From IMG/VR virus record IMGVR_UViG_2630968395_000002: DNA of 20,000 bases. The stretch is one strand, 5' to 3'. A model generated the notes under the pieces. It had not been told where the DNA came from and ran no database searches. It saw only the letters and a list, made by a program, of their open reading frames with translations. Numbering within the stretch: position 1 is the first letter of the stretch; each line of letters starts with the position of its first letter. Positions 1 to 7,780 of this stretch are shown here, in pieces. The position numbers and the translations under genes were made by a program. The stretch is from an uncultured virus (IMG/VR IMGVR_UViG_2630968395_000002) (taxonomy: Duplodnaviria > Heunggongvirae > Uroviricota > Caudoviricetes).

Positions 1-373
1 GCGCGCCCAACTGGTTACGACGTACTTCTAAAAACGCATTACCGAACACCAGATAATCCAGTGCATAGCGGCTAAAAGCCTGCTGACTGAGCATTGGGTG
101 AGGGGTAAATGTGCTTGCCAGTATGTTGCGTTTCACATACAGCGGTGAGCTGTGATGTACCGCCGCACGGAAGCTGCGCGCCAGCCCGTCAAAGCTGATC
201 GGCGGGTCATACCACTTGCCGTTACCGGTGCATTCGATGTAATCCAGAATTTCCCGCTTATCGAGCACGGCGGAGGGTTCGCCAAAAGTGAACGCCTCCA
301 CCGGTTGCTGTTGACTGGCGGTGTGATTGGTTGCTGGTCGGCTTAATGCCTTGCGGCCTTTGCGTTTACTCAT
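1..373 (-). CDS. Q: Portal protein gpQ, 5' part (runs off the left edge)
   Basis: Not in the ORF track. Manual translation from ATG at 373 gives MSKRKGRKALSRPATNHTASQQQPVEAFTFGEPSAVLDKREILDYIECTGNGKWYDPPISFDGLARSFRAAVHHSSPLYVKRNILASTF..., the typical P2 portal N-terminus. The frame is open to the window edge. Confidence 0.93.
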   Translation of the reverse strand, partial: MSKRKGRKALSRPATNHTASQQQPVEAFTFGEPSAVLDKREILDYIECTGNGKWYDPPISFDGLARSFRAAVHHSSPLYVKRNILASTFTPHPMLSQQAFSRYALDYLVFGNAFLEVRRNQLGA

Positions 374-1134
374 TTTACTTCCCCTGCATTGCTTGCCGCT
401 TGTGACCAGTCACATAAATATAAGAGATTGAAATCATCTATTGTCATGTGCTTTTTCAGCCAATCTTTACCCCAGTTCTTTTCCCATAACGTACAGCCTT
501 GCTGAATGGCAGCATCAGCCGTGACCGATTGACGGAATACGCCATCAGCGCAAAAAACGCCGTTATCCGTGTGTATCACCGGTGCTACTTTTCGTGGGCG
601 GCGCAGTGAGCCGTTCCAAATCTTGAACGCGGTATTTGAGTGGGAGGGCGTGGTGTAGAGTGTTAAACGATGATTTTTGTGCATTGCCATCCCCTTAGCC
701 ATGTGCAGTATTGAACGTGGGTTTTTAGCCCATGCATATTCACCCAGGTACACATTCCCAGCATGAGCGGCGGCGTGACTGTTTTCCCCGTGAAAGGCGA
801 TGAGCGCGCCATTACCTAGCAACATGTTACTTGGCGAGAATGAACTCACGTTTACCCCAACTACCCGACAAAACTCTGCAAGATAAGCGCGGGTATTCAG
901 GGCGCTACTTCTGGAGCAGGTTAAAAAATGCTGATTGCGGCCGGTGGTGATGGCATCCAGTAACGCTTCAAAAGCGAAAAGCCAGTCGGCCCCAATCTGG
1001 CGCGATTTGGTGAGACTGCGGTCTGTGCTGGTCTGCCCCACGTGATACCACGTTTTCTGATAATCAAAGGCCGAGTTTTCGAAATGTTCGCGCAGGCCGT
1101 CAAGCTGACCAGCAGTAAAAGTCATTGGCTTCAT
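370..1134 (-). CDS. Terminase ATPase-domain-only paralogue of gpP (254 aa), function unknown
   Basis: Aligns by eye to the ATPase domain of the adjacent gpP: FDYQ, KSRQIGA, EALLDAITTGRNQ, GNxYLxEY, TPS, CxDGxxRQxVT. ATGA overlaps with P (1131-1134) and Q (370-373). Confidence 0.88.
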   Translation of the reverse strand: MKPMTFTAGQLDGLREHFENSAFDYQKTWYHVGQTSTDRSLTKSRQIGADWLFAFEALLDAITTGRNQHFLTCSRSSALNTRAYLAEFCRVVGVNVSSFSPSNMLLGNGALIAFHGENSHAAAHAGNVYLGEYAWAKNPRSILHMAKGMAMHKNHRLTLYTTPSHSNTAFKIWNGSLRRPRKVAPVIHTDNGVFCADGVFRQSVTADAAIQQGCTLWEKNWGKDWLKKHMTIDDFNLLYLCDWSQAASNAGEVK

Positions 1135-2903
1135 TGGTAAAACTCCAAGAAATTAGGGCTGTGACCGCCATATGTCGCGGTAAGGGGTTCATTTAACAGG
1201 GCATGCATAATCGCCCACGCCACATCGGCGTGGCTGGCTTCTTCGCTGCGGCTGGCAACATAAGTCGAGCTTTTGCCGCTGGCGGTCATGGTTTTGCGAA
1301 TGGCCATAAAGGACTGGGTGATGTCGGTGTGGCCGGTGTCATATTCCAGGCGGCCGTTATTGATGGTGTGCTTGGCTTTCAGCACCATGGCGGTCTTGAT
1401 TTCAGGGGTGTATTTGATTTCCCTTGCTGCCGGGAAGAACTGGCGCACCAACTGGAAAACGCCTTGGCCGACGGTAGTGGCATCGATACCGATATACTCC
1501 ACGCAATATTTCTGCGTCAGCTCTTCGATATGTTTGGCCTGCGCCTCAAAGTCCATCCCTTTCCACTGGTGGCGTTCCAGTACGCGGAACTTGCCGCCCG
1601 GCACCATCGGCGGTGCAATCACCGCACACCCGGCGCTGTCGCCGCCGTTGGCCTCGGACGGGTCGTAACCAATCCACACCGGGCGATGCCCAAATGGCCG
1701 CAACGAATACGGGTTGTAGTCCTCCCACTCTTCCAGACTGTCCACCATGCAAGCCTGCAACTCGGCGAACGGGAAGACGGACGCTTGATCGTCAACAAAT
1801 TCGCACATCAACAGGTTTTGATATTCTGACGGGCCGTATTCCAGTGAGAGCTGGTTGAGGTCAAACAGGTTACAGCCGCCCGCCAGTGCATCCTCAACCG
1901 TGACAATCTGCCGCCACTGACCATCATCACACAGCGCGCCACGGGCTAAATGGCTGTGGCTGAGATCCAGTTGGATATGGTCGGATTTATTGCGGCGGCC
2001 TTTATTGAACAGCTCACCAGACCAGAACGGATAGGCACTGTGCGCCAGACTCGACGGGGTGGAGAAATAGGTGGTACGCCATTTCTTGTGTAATGACATG
2101 CCGCTGGCGACTTTGCGCAGTTCCTGAAACTTGGGGATCCAGAAATATTCGTCAAGATAGAGATTGCCGGTGTAGCTCTGCGCCGTACGGACGTTAGTAC
2201 CGAGAAAGAACAGGCGCGCCCCGTTCGGTAACACCATCGGGTCGCCTTTCAGGTCAACGTCAACCATCCGGGCGAAGTCGATAATGTAACTTTTGAACAC
2301 GTGCGCCTGTGCTTTGCTGGCGGACAGAAAAATCTGATTACGGCCTGTTGTGATGGCATCCAGTAACGCTTCACGGGCAAAGAAGAACGTTGCGCCAATC
2401 TGCCGTGATTTCAGGATATTGCGGATACGGTGAGTTAACCCGGCCTCAAACCAATTACGCTGATAATCAAAGATATTTTCATGAAATATCGACTCCAGCT
2501 TCTCAATCGCCGACTCACTAAACAGGTTTTTGTCCGGCGTCTTGCGCTCCCCTTTGTTGCGGTTCGCCACTGCCGGGTTTAAGTCGGCCTCACTGCCGGT
2601 CTGGTTATAACGGTTCACCCGCGCCAGCCGTTCAATCTGGCGGCCTAACAGGTCAATCTCTTTAAAATCCCGCCCCTCTTTGGCGTCTTTCATGATGAGC
2701 TGAATTAACCGCGCTTCCATGCTGGTTTCCACCCGAGAAATGGGCGCAATGGCATCCCACCCGTCGCGCTTCTTCCAGCTCTGCACAGTCGGCGATTTCA
2801 GGGCCAGCGTGTCCGCAATCTGGCGCACAGAAAAGCCTTGCCAGTAAAGCAAGGCCGCCTGTCGCCGTGGGTCGCTGATAATGGTGCTCGGTGTCGTATT
2901 CAT
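1131..2903 (-). CDS. P: Terminase ATPase (large) subunit gpP, 590 aa
   Basis: N-terminal DPRRQAALLYWQG HTH region, Walker A-like KSRQIGAT, Walker B LYLDE, C-terminal nuclease motifs WIGYDP and HADVAWA. Divergent from O as in P2. Confidence 0.96.
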   Translation of the reverse strand: MNTTPSTIISDPRRQAALLYWQGFSVRQIADTLALKSPTVQSWKKRDGWDAIAPISRVETSMEARLIQLIMKDAKEGRDFKEIDLLGRQIERLARVNRYNQTGSEADLNPAVANRNKGERKTPDKNLFSESAIEKLESIFHENIFDYQRNWFEAGLTHRIRNILKSRQIGATFFFAREALLDAITTGRNQIFLSASKAQAHVFKSYIIDFARMVDVDLKGDPMVLPNGARLFFLGTNVRTAQSYTGNLYLDEYFWIPKFQELRKVASGMSLHKKWRTTYFSTPSSLAHSAYPFWSGELFNKGRRNKSDHIQLDLSHSHLARGALCDDGQWRQIVTVEDALAGGCNLFDLNQLSLEYGPSEYQNLLMCEFVDDQASVFPFAELQACMVDSLEEWEDYNPYSLRPFGHRPVWIGYDPSEANGGDSAGCAVIAPPMVPGGKFRVLERHQWKGMDFEAQAKHIEELTQKYCVEYIGIDATTVGQGVFQLVRQFFPAAREIKYTPEIKTAMVLKAKHTINNGRLEYDTGHTDITQSFMAIRKTMTASGKSSTYVASRSEEASHADVAWAIMHALLNEPLTATYGGHSPNFLEFYQ

Positions 2904-2944
2904 GCCATTAGGCTACGCGACCAGCCCGACCCTCTGCGCGCCCT

Positions 2945-2998
2945 GCCAGTTGTGCCAGCCCCGTCACAACTGGCTTTCGTTGTTGCTGCCGCCATACA
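2945..2998. promoter_or_regulatory. Ogr/Delta-type activator sites of the divergent late promoters pP/pO
   Basis: TGT-N12-ACA at 2951-2968, inside a perfect 10-bp inverted repeat (gccagttgtg 2945-2954 / cacaactggc 2965-2974). A second TGT-N12-ACA lies at 2981-2998. Confidence 0.8.
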
Positions 2999-3051
2999 TC
3001 AGGAGACTAAGCCCCGAACGAACAACCCTAATCACATGAATGGAGCCACAC

Positions 3052-3906
3052 ATGGCTAAGAAAGTGTCTAAGTATTTCCGTATCGGCGTTGAGGGTGACA
3101 CCTGTGACGGGCGGAAGATTGAAGCCGACGATATCAACCAAATGGCCGAGTCATTTGACCCGCGCGTGTACGGTTGCCGCATCAATCTGGAGCATTTGAC
3201 CAGCTACTTCCCGGACAGCACCTTCCGCCGGTACGGTGACGTGATCGGACTGAAAGCGGAAACCATTGAAGACGACTCTATCCTGAACGGCAAGCGTGCA
3301 CTGTTCGCGCAAATTAGCCCCACCGATGATTTGGTGTTGATGAATAAAGACCGTCAGAAAATCTACACCTCTATGGAGATCCGCCCAAACTTTGCCAATA
3401 CCGGTAAAGCTTATCTGGTCGGTCTGGCGGTGACCGATGACCCCGCCAGCCTTGGGACTGAAATTCTGGAATTCAGCGCCAAGGCCAAACACAACCCACT
3501 GGCCTCCCGTAAATCTCACCCGGATAACCTGTTTTCTGCAGCGGTTGAAGTGCAACTGGAATTTGAAGACGTGGCCGAGCCGGGTGTCAGCTTACTTGGC
3601 ATTGTGAAATCGGTATTCAGTCGTAAACAGGCAACCGACGACGCCCGTTTTAATGATGTGCATGAGGCGGTGAATGCCGTGGCAGTGCATGTGCAGGAAC
3701 AGGGAGAAACCATTGAAGCCCGCTTTGCCATCATTGAGAAACAACTTACTGACCACGTTGTGGAGCTGAAGCAGAGCATCAAACAGGGCAAACAAGGGGT
3801 AACTGACCTCGAAAATAAACTTTCTTCCACTGAGAACTTTGGTCAGTCAAAGCGCCCGGAAGCCACCGGCGGCAACAACCAGAACGATGTATTGACCGAC
3901 TGCTAG
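3052..3906 (+). CDS. O: Capsid scaffolding protein/protease gpO (284 aa)
   Basis: MAKKVSKYFRIGVEGDTCDGR...INLEH...YLVGLAVTDDPASLGTE...LTDC. GGAG at 3042-3045 favours ATG 3052 over 3040. Confidence 0.95.
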   Translation: MAKKVSKYFRIGVEGDTCDGRKIEADDINQMAESFDPRVYGCRINLEHLTSYFPDSTFRRYGDVIGLKAETIEDDSILNGKRALFAQISPTDDLVLMNKDRQKIYTSMEIRPNFANTGKAYLVGLAVTDDPASLGTEILEFSAKAKHNPLASRKSHPDNLFSAAVEVQLEFEDVAEPGVSLLGIVKSVFSRKQATDDARFNDVHEAVNAVAVHVQEQGETIEARFAIIEKQLTDHVVELKQSIKQGKQGVTDLENKLSSTENFGQSKRPEATGGNNQNDVLTDC

Positions 3907-3982
3907 TTGGGATTAATGGCCGCCTGCAGTGCGGTCCGCTTGTTATTTCATTAACACGTTATTTAACTGAATCAGGATTATT

Positions 3983-5221
3983 ATGCGCCCAGCAACCCGT
4001 TTTAAATTTAATGCCTATCTGACCCGTCAAGCCGAGCTGAACGGGGTAGAAACCGGCGACCTGAATAAAAAATTCAGCGTTGAACCCTCTGTCACACAAA
4101 CCATCATGACCCGCGTCCAAGAATCCTCAGAATTTCTGAGCCGTATCAATATTGTGCCGGTATCAGAACTGACCGCCGAGAAAGTGGGGTTGAGTGTTAC
4201 CGGGTCAATTGCCAGCAATACGGATACCGATAGCGGCGACGAGCGCGAAACCGCCGAGTTTGCCGGGCTGGACAGTGAGAAGTATTTCTGTGAGCAGGTG
4301 AATTACGACTTCCACATTCGCTATAACACCCTTGACCTGTGGGCGCGTTATCAGGACTTCCAGACCCGCTTACGCGACGCGATTATCAAGCGACAGGCAC
4401 TTGACCGCATCATGGCGGGCTTCAACGGCATCAGCCGCGCCAAGACATCCAACCGTGTACAAAATCCATTGTTGCAGGATATCGCAGTGGGCTGGTTGCA
4501 GAAATACCGCAACAACGCACCAACCCGCGTGATGAGTAAAGTTATCGATGAAGATGGCGCGGTAGTGTCAGAAAAAATTCGTGTTGGCCATGGTGGCGAT
4601 TATGCCAATCTGGACGCGTTGGTCATGGATGCCACAAACCAGATGATTGCTGACTGGCATCAGGAAGACCCGGAACTGGTGGTCATCACTGGCCGTCAGT
4701 TGATGCAGGATAAATATTTCCCTATCGTCAACAAAGAGCAGGAAAACAGCGAAACCCTCGCTGCTGACCTGATTATCAGCCAAAAACGCATCGGTAATTT
4801 ACCGGCTATCCGTGTGCCGTTCTTCCCGTCTAACGCGTTCTTTATTACCCGCCTCGATAACCTGTCTATTTACTGGCTGGAAGACTCGCACCGCCGTCAT
4901 ATCGATGAGAACGCCAAACGTGACCGCATCGAAAACTACGAATCCATTAAGCAGGATTATGTGGTGGAAGATTACGCCTGCGGCTGTCTGGTGGAGAACA
5001 TCGAGATTTTGCCACCACCACAGAAAAAAGATGAACCGGAATCTGGAGCGGATAAAAAAGCTGCGTCTGACGCACCTAACTACGATGGTCTAGCAGCCGC
5101 GATTATTGCTGCAGTAAAAGTGGCTGCTAACCCGGATGAAACTAAGCCGGAAGCCACAGCCAACGCGGAAAACGCACCGGAAACCACAGGCGAAGCACCA
5201 GCCGCGAAGGGGAGTAAATAA
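3983..5221 (+). CDS. N: Major capsid protein gpN (412 aa, with C-terminal extension)
   Basis: MRPATRFKFNAYL...KFSVEPSVTQT...ALDRIMAGFNG...YVVEDYACGCLVENI; position after O. Confidence 0.96.
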   Translation: MRPATRFKFNAYLTRQAELNGVETGDLNKKFSVEPSVTQTIMTRVQESSEFLSRINIVPVSELTAEKVGLSVTGSIASNTDTDSGDERETAEFAGLDSEKYFCEQVNYDFHIRYNTLDLWARYQDFQTRLRDAIIKRQALDRIMAGFNGISRAKTSNRVQNPLLQDIAVGWLQKYRNNAPTRVMSKVIDEDGAVVSEKIRVGHGGDYANLDALVMDATNQMIADWHQEDPELVVITGRQLMQDKYFPIVNKEQENSETLAADLIISQKRIGNLPAIRVPFFPSNAFFITRLDNLSIYWLEDSHRRHIDENAKRDRIENYESIKQDYVVEDYACGCLVENIEILPPPQKKDEPESGADKKAASDAPNYDGLAAAIIAAVKVAANPDETKPEATANAENAPETTGEAPAAKGSK

Positions 5222-5224
5222 GCC

Positions 5225-5884
5225 ATGTCCAGTCCTGCGCGTCGCCACTTTATCCAACAGTCGGCTATTGCCGCTTCACAACAGCGGGATAACCCGCTGC
5301 GCCACGCCACAGGCTACGAGCTGATGTTGCTCAAGCTCAATGAAGATAAGCGCAAGCTGAAACAGGTGCGTTCAAACGAGCGCAAAGCCGAGCTAAAGCG
5401 GCAGTTATTGCCGGAGTACATGCCGTGGATCTCTGGCGTGTTGAGTGAGGGGAAAGGCGCGCAGGACGCCATTGTAATGACCATCATGATTTGGCGGCTG
5501 GATGCAGGGGATATCCCCGGCGCACTGGATATCGCCCGTTATGCCCTGCGTTATCAATTAGTACCAACAGACCGCTTTACCCGTTCGACGGCTTACCTAA
5601 TTGCCGAGGAAGTCGCGGACGCTGCGGCGCGCGCCTATGCCACCGGTAAACCGGTTGATGTTGACCCGTTGTTGCAAACCATTGAACTGATGGAAGACGA
5701 AGACATGCCCGATCAGGTGCGGGCCAAGCTGCACAAAATGACCGGCTATGTGCTGCGTGACAGTGGCCAGGGCGAACTGGCCCTGTCCCATCTTCACCGC
5801 GCACTCCAACTGCATACCGGTTGTGGCGTCAAGAAAGACATTGAGCGACTGGCCGTGAAGTTAAAGAACGCCGCCAGCCGCTAA
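5225..5884 (+). CDS. M: Terminase small subunit gpM
   Basis: MSSPARRH...WRLDAGD...DMPDQVRAKLHK...GVKKDIERL; synteny. Confidence 0.93.
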   Translation: MSSPARRHFIQQSAIAASQQRDNPLRHATGYELMLLKLNEDKRKLKQVRSNERKAELKRQLLPEYMPWISGVLSEGKGAQDAIVMTIMIWRLDAGDIPGALDIARYALRYQLVPTDRFTRSTAYLIAEEVADAAARAYATGKPVDVDPLLQTIELMEDEDMPDQVRAKLHKMTGYVLRDSGQGELALSHLHRALQLHTGCGVKKDIERLAVKLKNAASR

Positions 5885-5983
5885 CCCGAGCGCTCCCCGA
5901 GCCGGGCGGCACGATGGCCGCAACCGATTTTATCGTGTTAACGCCGTCGTCCACCGCCCACCCATTCTGATATTGAGGTTGCC

Positions 5984-6457
5984 ATGACCACTGTTGTTAT
6001 CCCCGCGCCACGGCCCGACAAAACGGCCGAACCGGTGATTGAAAATACCTTTTTCTGGCCTGCGGTTGACCCGATAAAACTGCGTGAGCTGCTGCGCCTT
6101 GAGGGAACCATTACCGCTGAGCGCCTGCGTTTTACCATCAAGGGCGCAATCGCCGAGGTTAACGCCGAGCTGTTCGAGTACCGCCGTGACCAGATGGCCG
6201 CTGGCTTTAAAACACTGGCTGAGGTGCAGGCCGAGCAACTGGACGGCGAAAGTATCCTGTTGGCCGAATACCAGCGCGCGGTCTGTGCCATTACTGCTGC
6301 GCTGCTGGCCGAACGTTATCGCGGCTATGACGCCAGCGCCCGTGGTGATAAACGCGCGGAGGCCATTGAAAGCACGGTTGATGAGTTATGGCGTGATGCG
6401 CGGATTAGCATTCGCAACATTGCCGGAAAATCTCACAGCATTATTGGCCTTATCTGA
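5984..6457 (+). CDS. L: Head completion protein gpL
   Basis: IENTFFWP...YQRAV...ERYRGYDAS...LWRDAR; GAGG upstream. Confidence 0.92.
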   Translation: MTTVVIPAPRPDKTAEPVIENTFFWPAVDPIKLRELLRLEGTITAERLRFTIKGAIAEVNAELFEYRRDQMAAGFKTLAEVQAEQLDGESILLAEYQRAVCAITAALLAERYRGYDASARGDKRAEAIESTVDELWRDARISIRNIAGKSHSIIGLI

Positions 6458-6660
6458 TGCAGGTCAACGCGTTGCAAGGCGACACGCTCGATGCCCTGTG
6501 TTGGCGCTATTACGGCCGCACTCAAGATGTGCTGGAGCAAGTCTATGACGCAAATCCGGGCTTGTCGGAACTGGGGGCCATTCTGCCTCACGGCTATCCG
6601 GTGGAGTTGCCCGATATGGCCCCGGCGGCCCAACGTGAAACCGTTCAATTATGGGATTGA
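6457..6660 (+). CDS. X: Tail protein gpX (LysM-like)
   Basis: QGDTLDALCWRYYGRT...ANPGL...VQLWD; start overlaps the L stop (TGATG). Confidence 0.93.
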   Translation: MQVNALQGDTLDALCWRYYGRTQDVLEQVYDANPGLSELGAILPHGYPVELPDMAPAAQRETVQLWD

Positions 6661-6662
6661 AA

Positions 6663-6872
6663 ATGGAGAAAATCAGCTCTGCGGTAGCTTATGTCTTTGC
6701 GCTGCTGTTGGCGTTTATTGGCGCACTGAGTCCGCAAGATATCGCGTTTTATGTGGCTGCGGTGGCCGCTGCGGCTACCTGTCTTATCAACTGGTACTAC
6801 CGGCGCAAGAGTTATTTCTTGCTGAAAGAATTGGGTGTCAGGCGGGAGGTGTTCGATGAACTCAATCGTTAA
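6663..6872 (+). CDS. Holin (HP1/186-type, two hydrophobic segments)
   Basis: Hydrophobic 69-aa ORF with INWYYRRK and a charged C-terminus, between X and the endolysin. GGGA upstream of ATG 6663. Confidence 0.85.
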   Translation: MEKISSAVAYVFALLLAFIGALSPQDIAFYVAAVAAAATCLINWYYRRKSYFLLKELGVRREVFDELNR

Positions 6873-7362
6873 GCGTTGTCTGGTCGGCGTCATTCTGGCG
6901 CTGGCCGCCACCTTACCGAACTACCAGACCTTAAAAGCATCGCCCGCCGGGCTAAAACTGATTGCGGATTATGAGGGGTGTCAGCTCAACGCCTACCAGT
7001 GCAGCGCCAACGTTTGGACAAATGGCATCGGCCACACGGTCGGGGTTAAGCCGGGCAGCGTGATCAGTGAACGACAGGTGGCGGTCAATCTGGTTGCTGA
7101 CGTGCAGCGGGTCGAACGGGCTATCGCTGTCTGTATGCCGGTGACCATGCCGCAACCGGTGTATGACGCGGTAGTGTCGTTTGCCTTTAACGTCGGCCCC
7201 GGCGCTGCTTGCCGCTCGACGCTGGCATTTTTTGTCAACAAGAGTGACTGGCACAGCGCCTGTAATCAGTTGCCGCGCTGGGTCTATGTCAATGGCGTGA
7301 AAACCAAAGGGTTAGAGCGCCGTCGTGTTACAGAGCAAAAACACTGCTTGAGCGGGGCCTGA
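6856..7362 (+). CDS. SAR endolysin, T4-lysozyme-like (GH24) muramidase
   Basis: MNSIVKRC plus an Ala/Leu-rich N-terminal anchor, catalytic triad E40-x8-C49-x5-T55, FNVG and GLERRR. GGAGG upstream of ATG 6856. Confidence 0.92.
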   Translation: MNSIVKRCLVGVILALAATLPNYQTLKASPAGLKLIADYEGCQLNAYQCSANVWTNGIGHTVGVKPGSVISERQVAVNLVADVQRVERAIAVCMPVTMPQPVYDAVVSFAFNVGPGAACRSTLAFFVNKSDWHSACNQLPRWVYVNGVKTKGLERRRVTEQKHCLSGA

Positions 7363-7363
7363 T

Positions 7364-7780
7364 ATGCGCACAGCAATAATGTTGATCGTGACGTTACTGG
7401 CCGCGCTGGGGTGGTATGCCAGTCGCCTGAGTGACGATATCGACAACGCTAACCGGATTATTGGCACCCTGTCGGCAGGCATTGAAAGCCGGGACAACGC
7501 GATCACCCGCTTGCAAGCTGAGGCCCGGCAACAGGCAGAAAATGAGCGGGCATTACGCCAGTCACTGAGCGACGCCAGTACGTTGTCATTGTCCCGTGAA
7601 CAGAAAATACAAAGGTTACTTAATGAAAATAAAGTCTTGCGTGATTGGTTCGCTACTGCTTTGCCTGCTGATGTTATCCGGCTGCACCAGCGCCCCGCGT
7701 TCGCCAGCCCCAACGGTTATTTACGTTGGTTGTCCGACGGTGAACAGTTGCCCGCTACCGGGCAGCAGCCCGGCGGTTAA
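7364..7780 (+). CDS. lysB: Inner-membrane spanin (LysB/Rz-like)
   Basis: N-terminal TM segment, coiled-coil region, and LLNENKVLRDW...LPADVIRLHQRP C-terminus. Confidence 0.88.
   Translation: MRTAIMLIVTLLAALGWYASRLSDDIDNANRIIGTLSAGIESRDNAITRLQAEARQQAENERALRQSLSDASTLSLSREQKIQRLLNENKVLRDWFATALPADVIRLHQRPAFASPNGYLRWLSDGEQLPATGQQPGG

Noticed and set aside
152..346. 64-aa plus-strand ORF
   Set aside because: Antisense shadow of portal gene Q, which is clearly the real frame.
370..1134. Reading the P paralogue as an assembly duplication or a frameshifted piece of P
   Set aside because: P is complete (590 aa), and the copy is highly diverged apart from one 40-nt patch and has its own coupled start and stop.
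1203..1858. Plus-strand ORFs of 208, 131 and 81 aa
   Set aside because: Antisense to terminase P, with no recognisable motifs or translation signals.
3907..3982. O-N spacer with a short GC stem
   Set aside because: Weak pairing and no U-tract; not enough to call a terminator or ncRNA.
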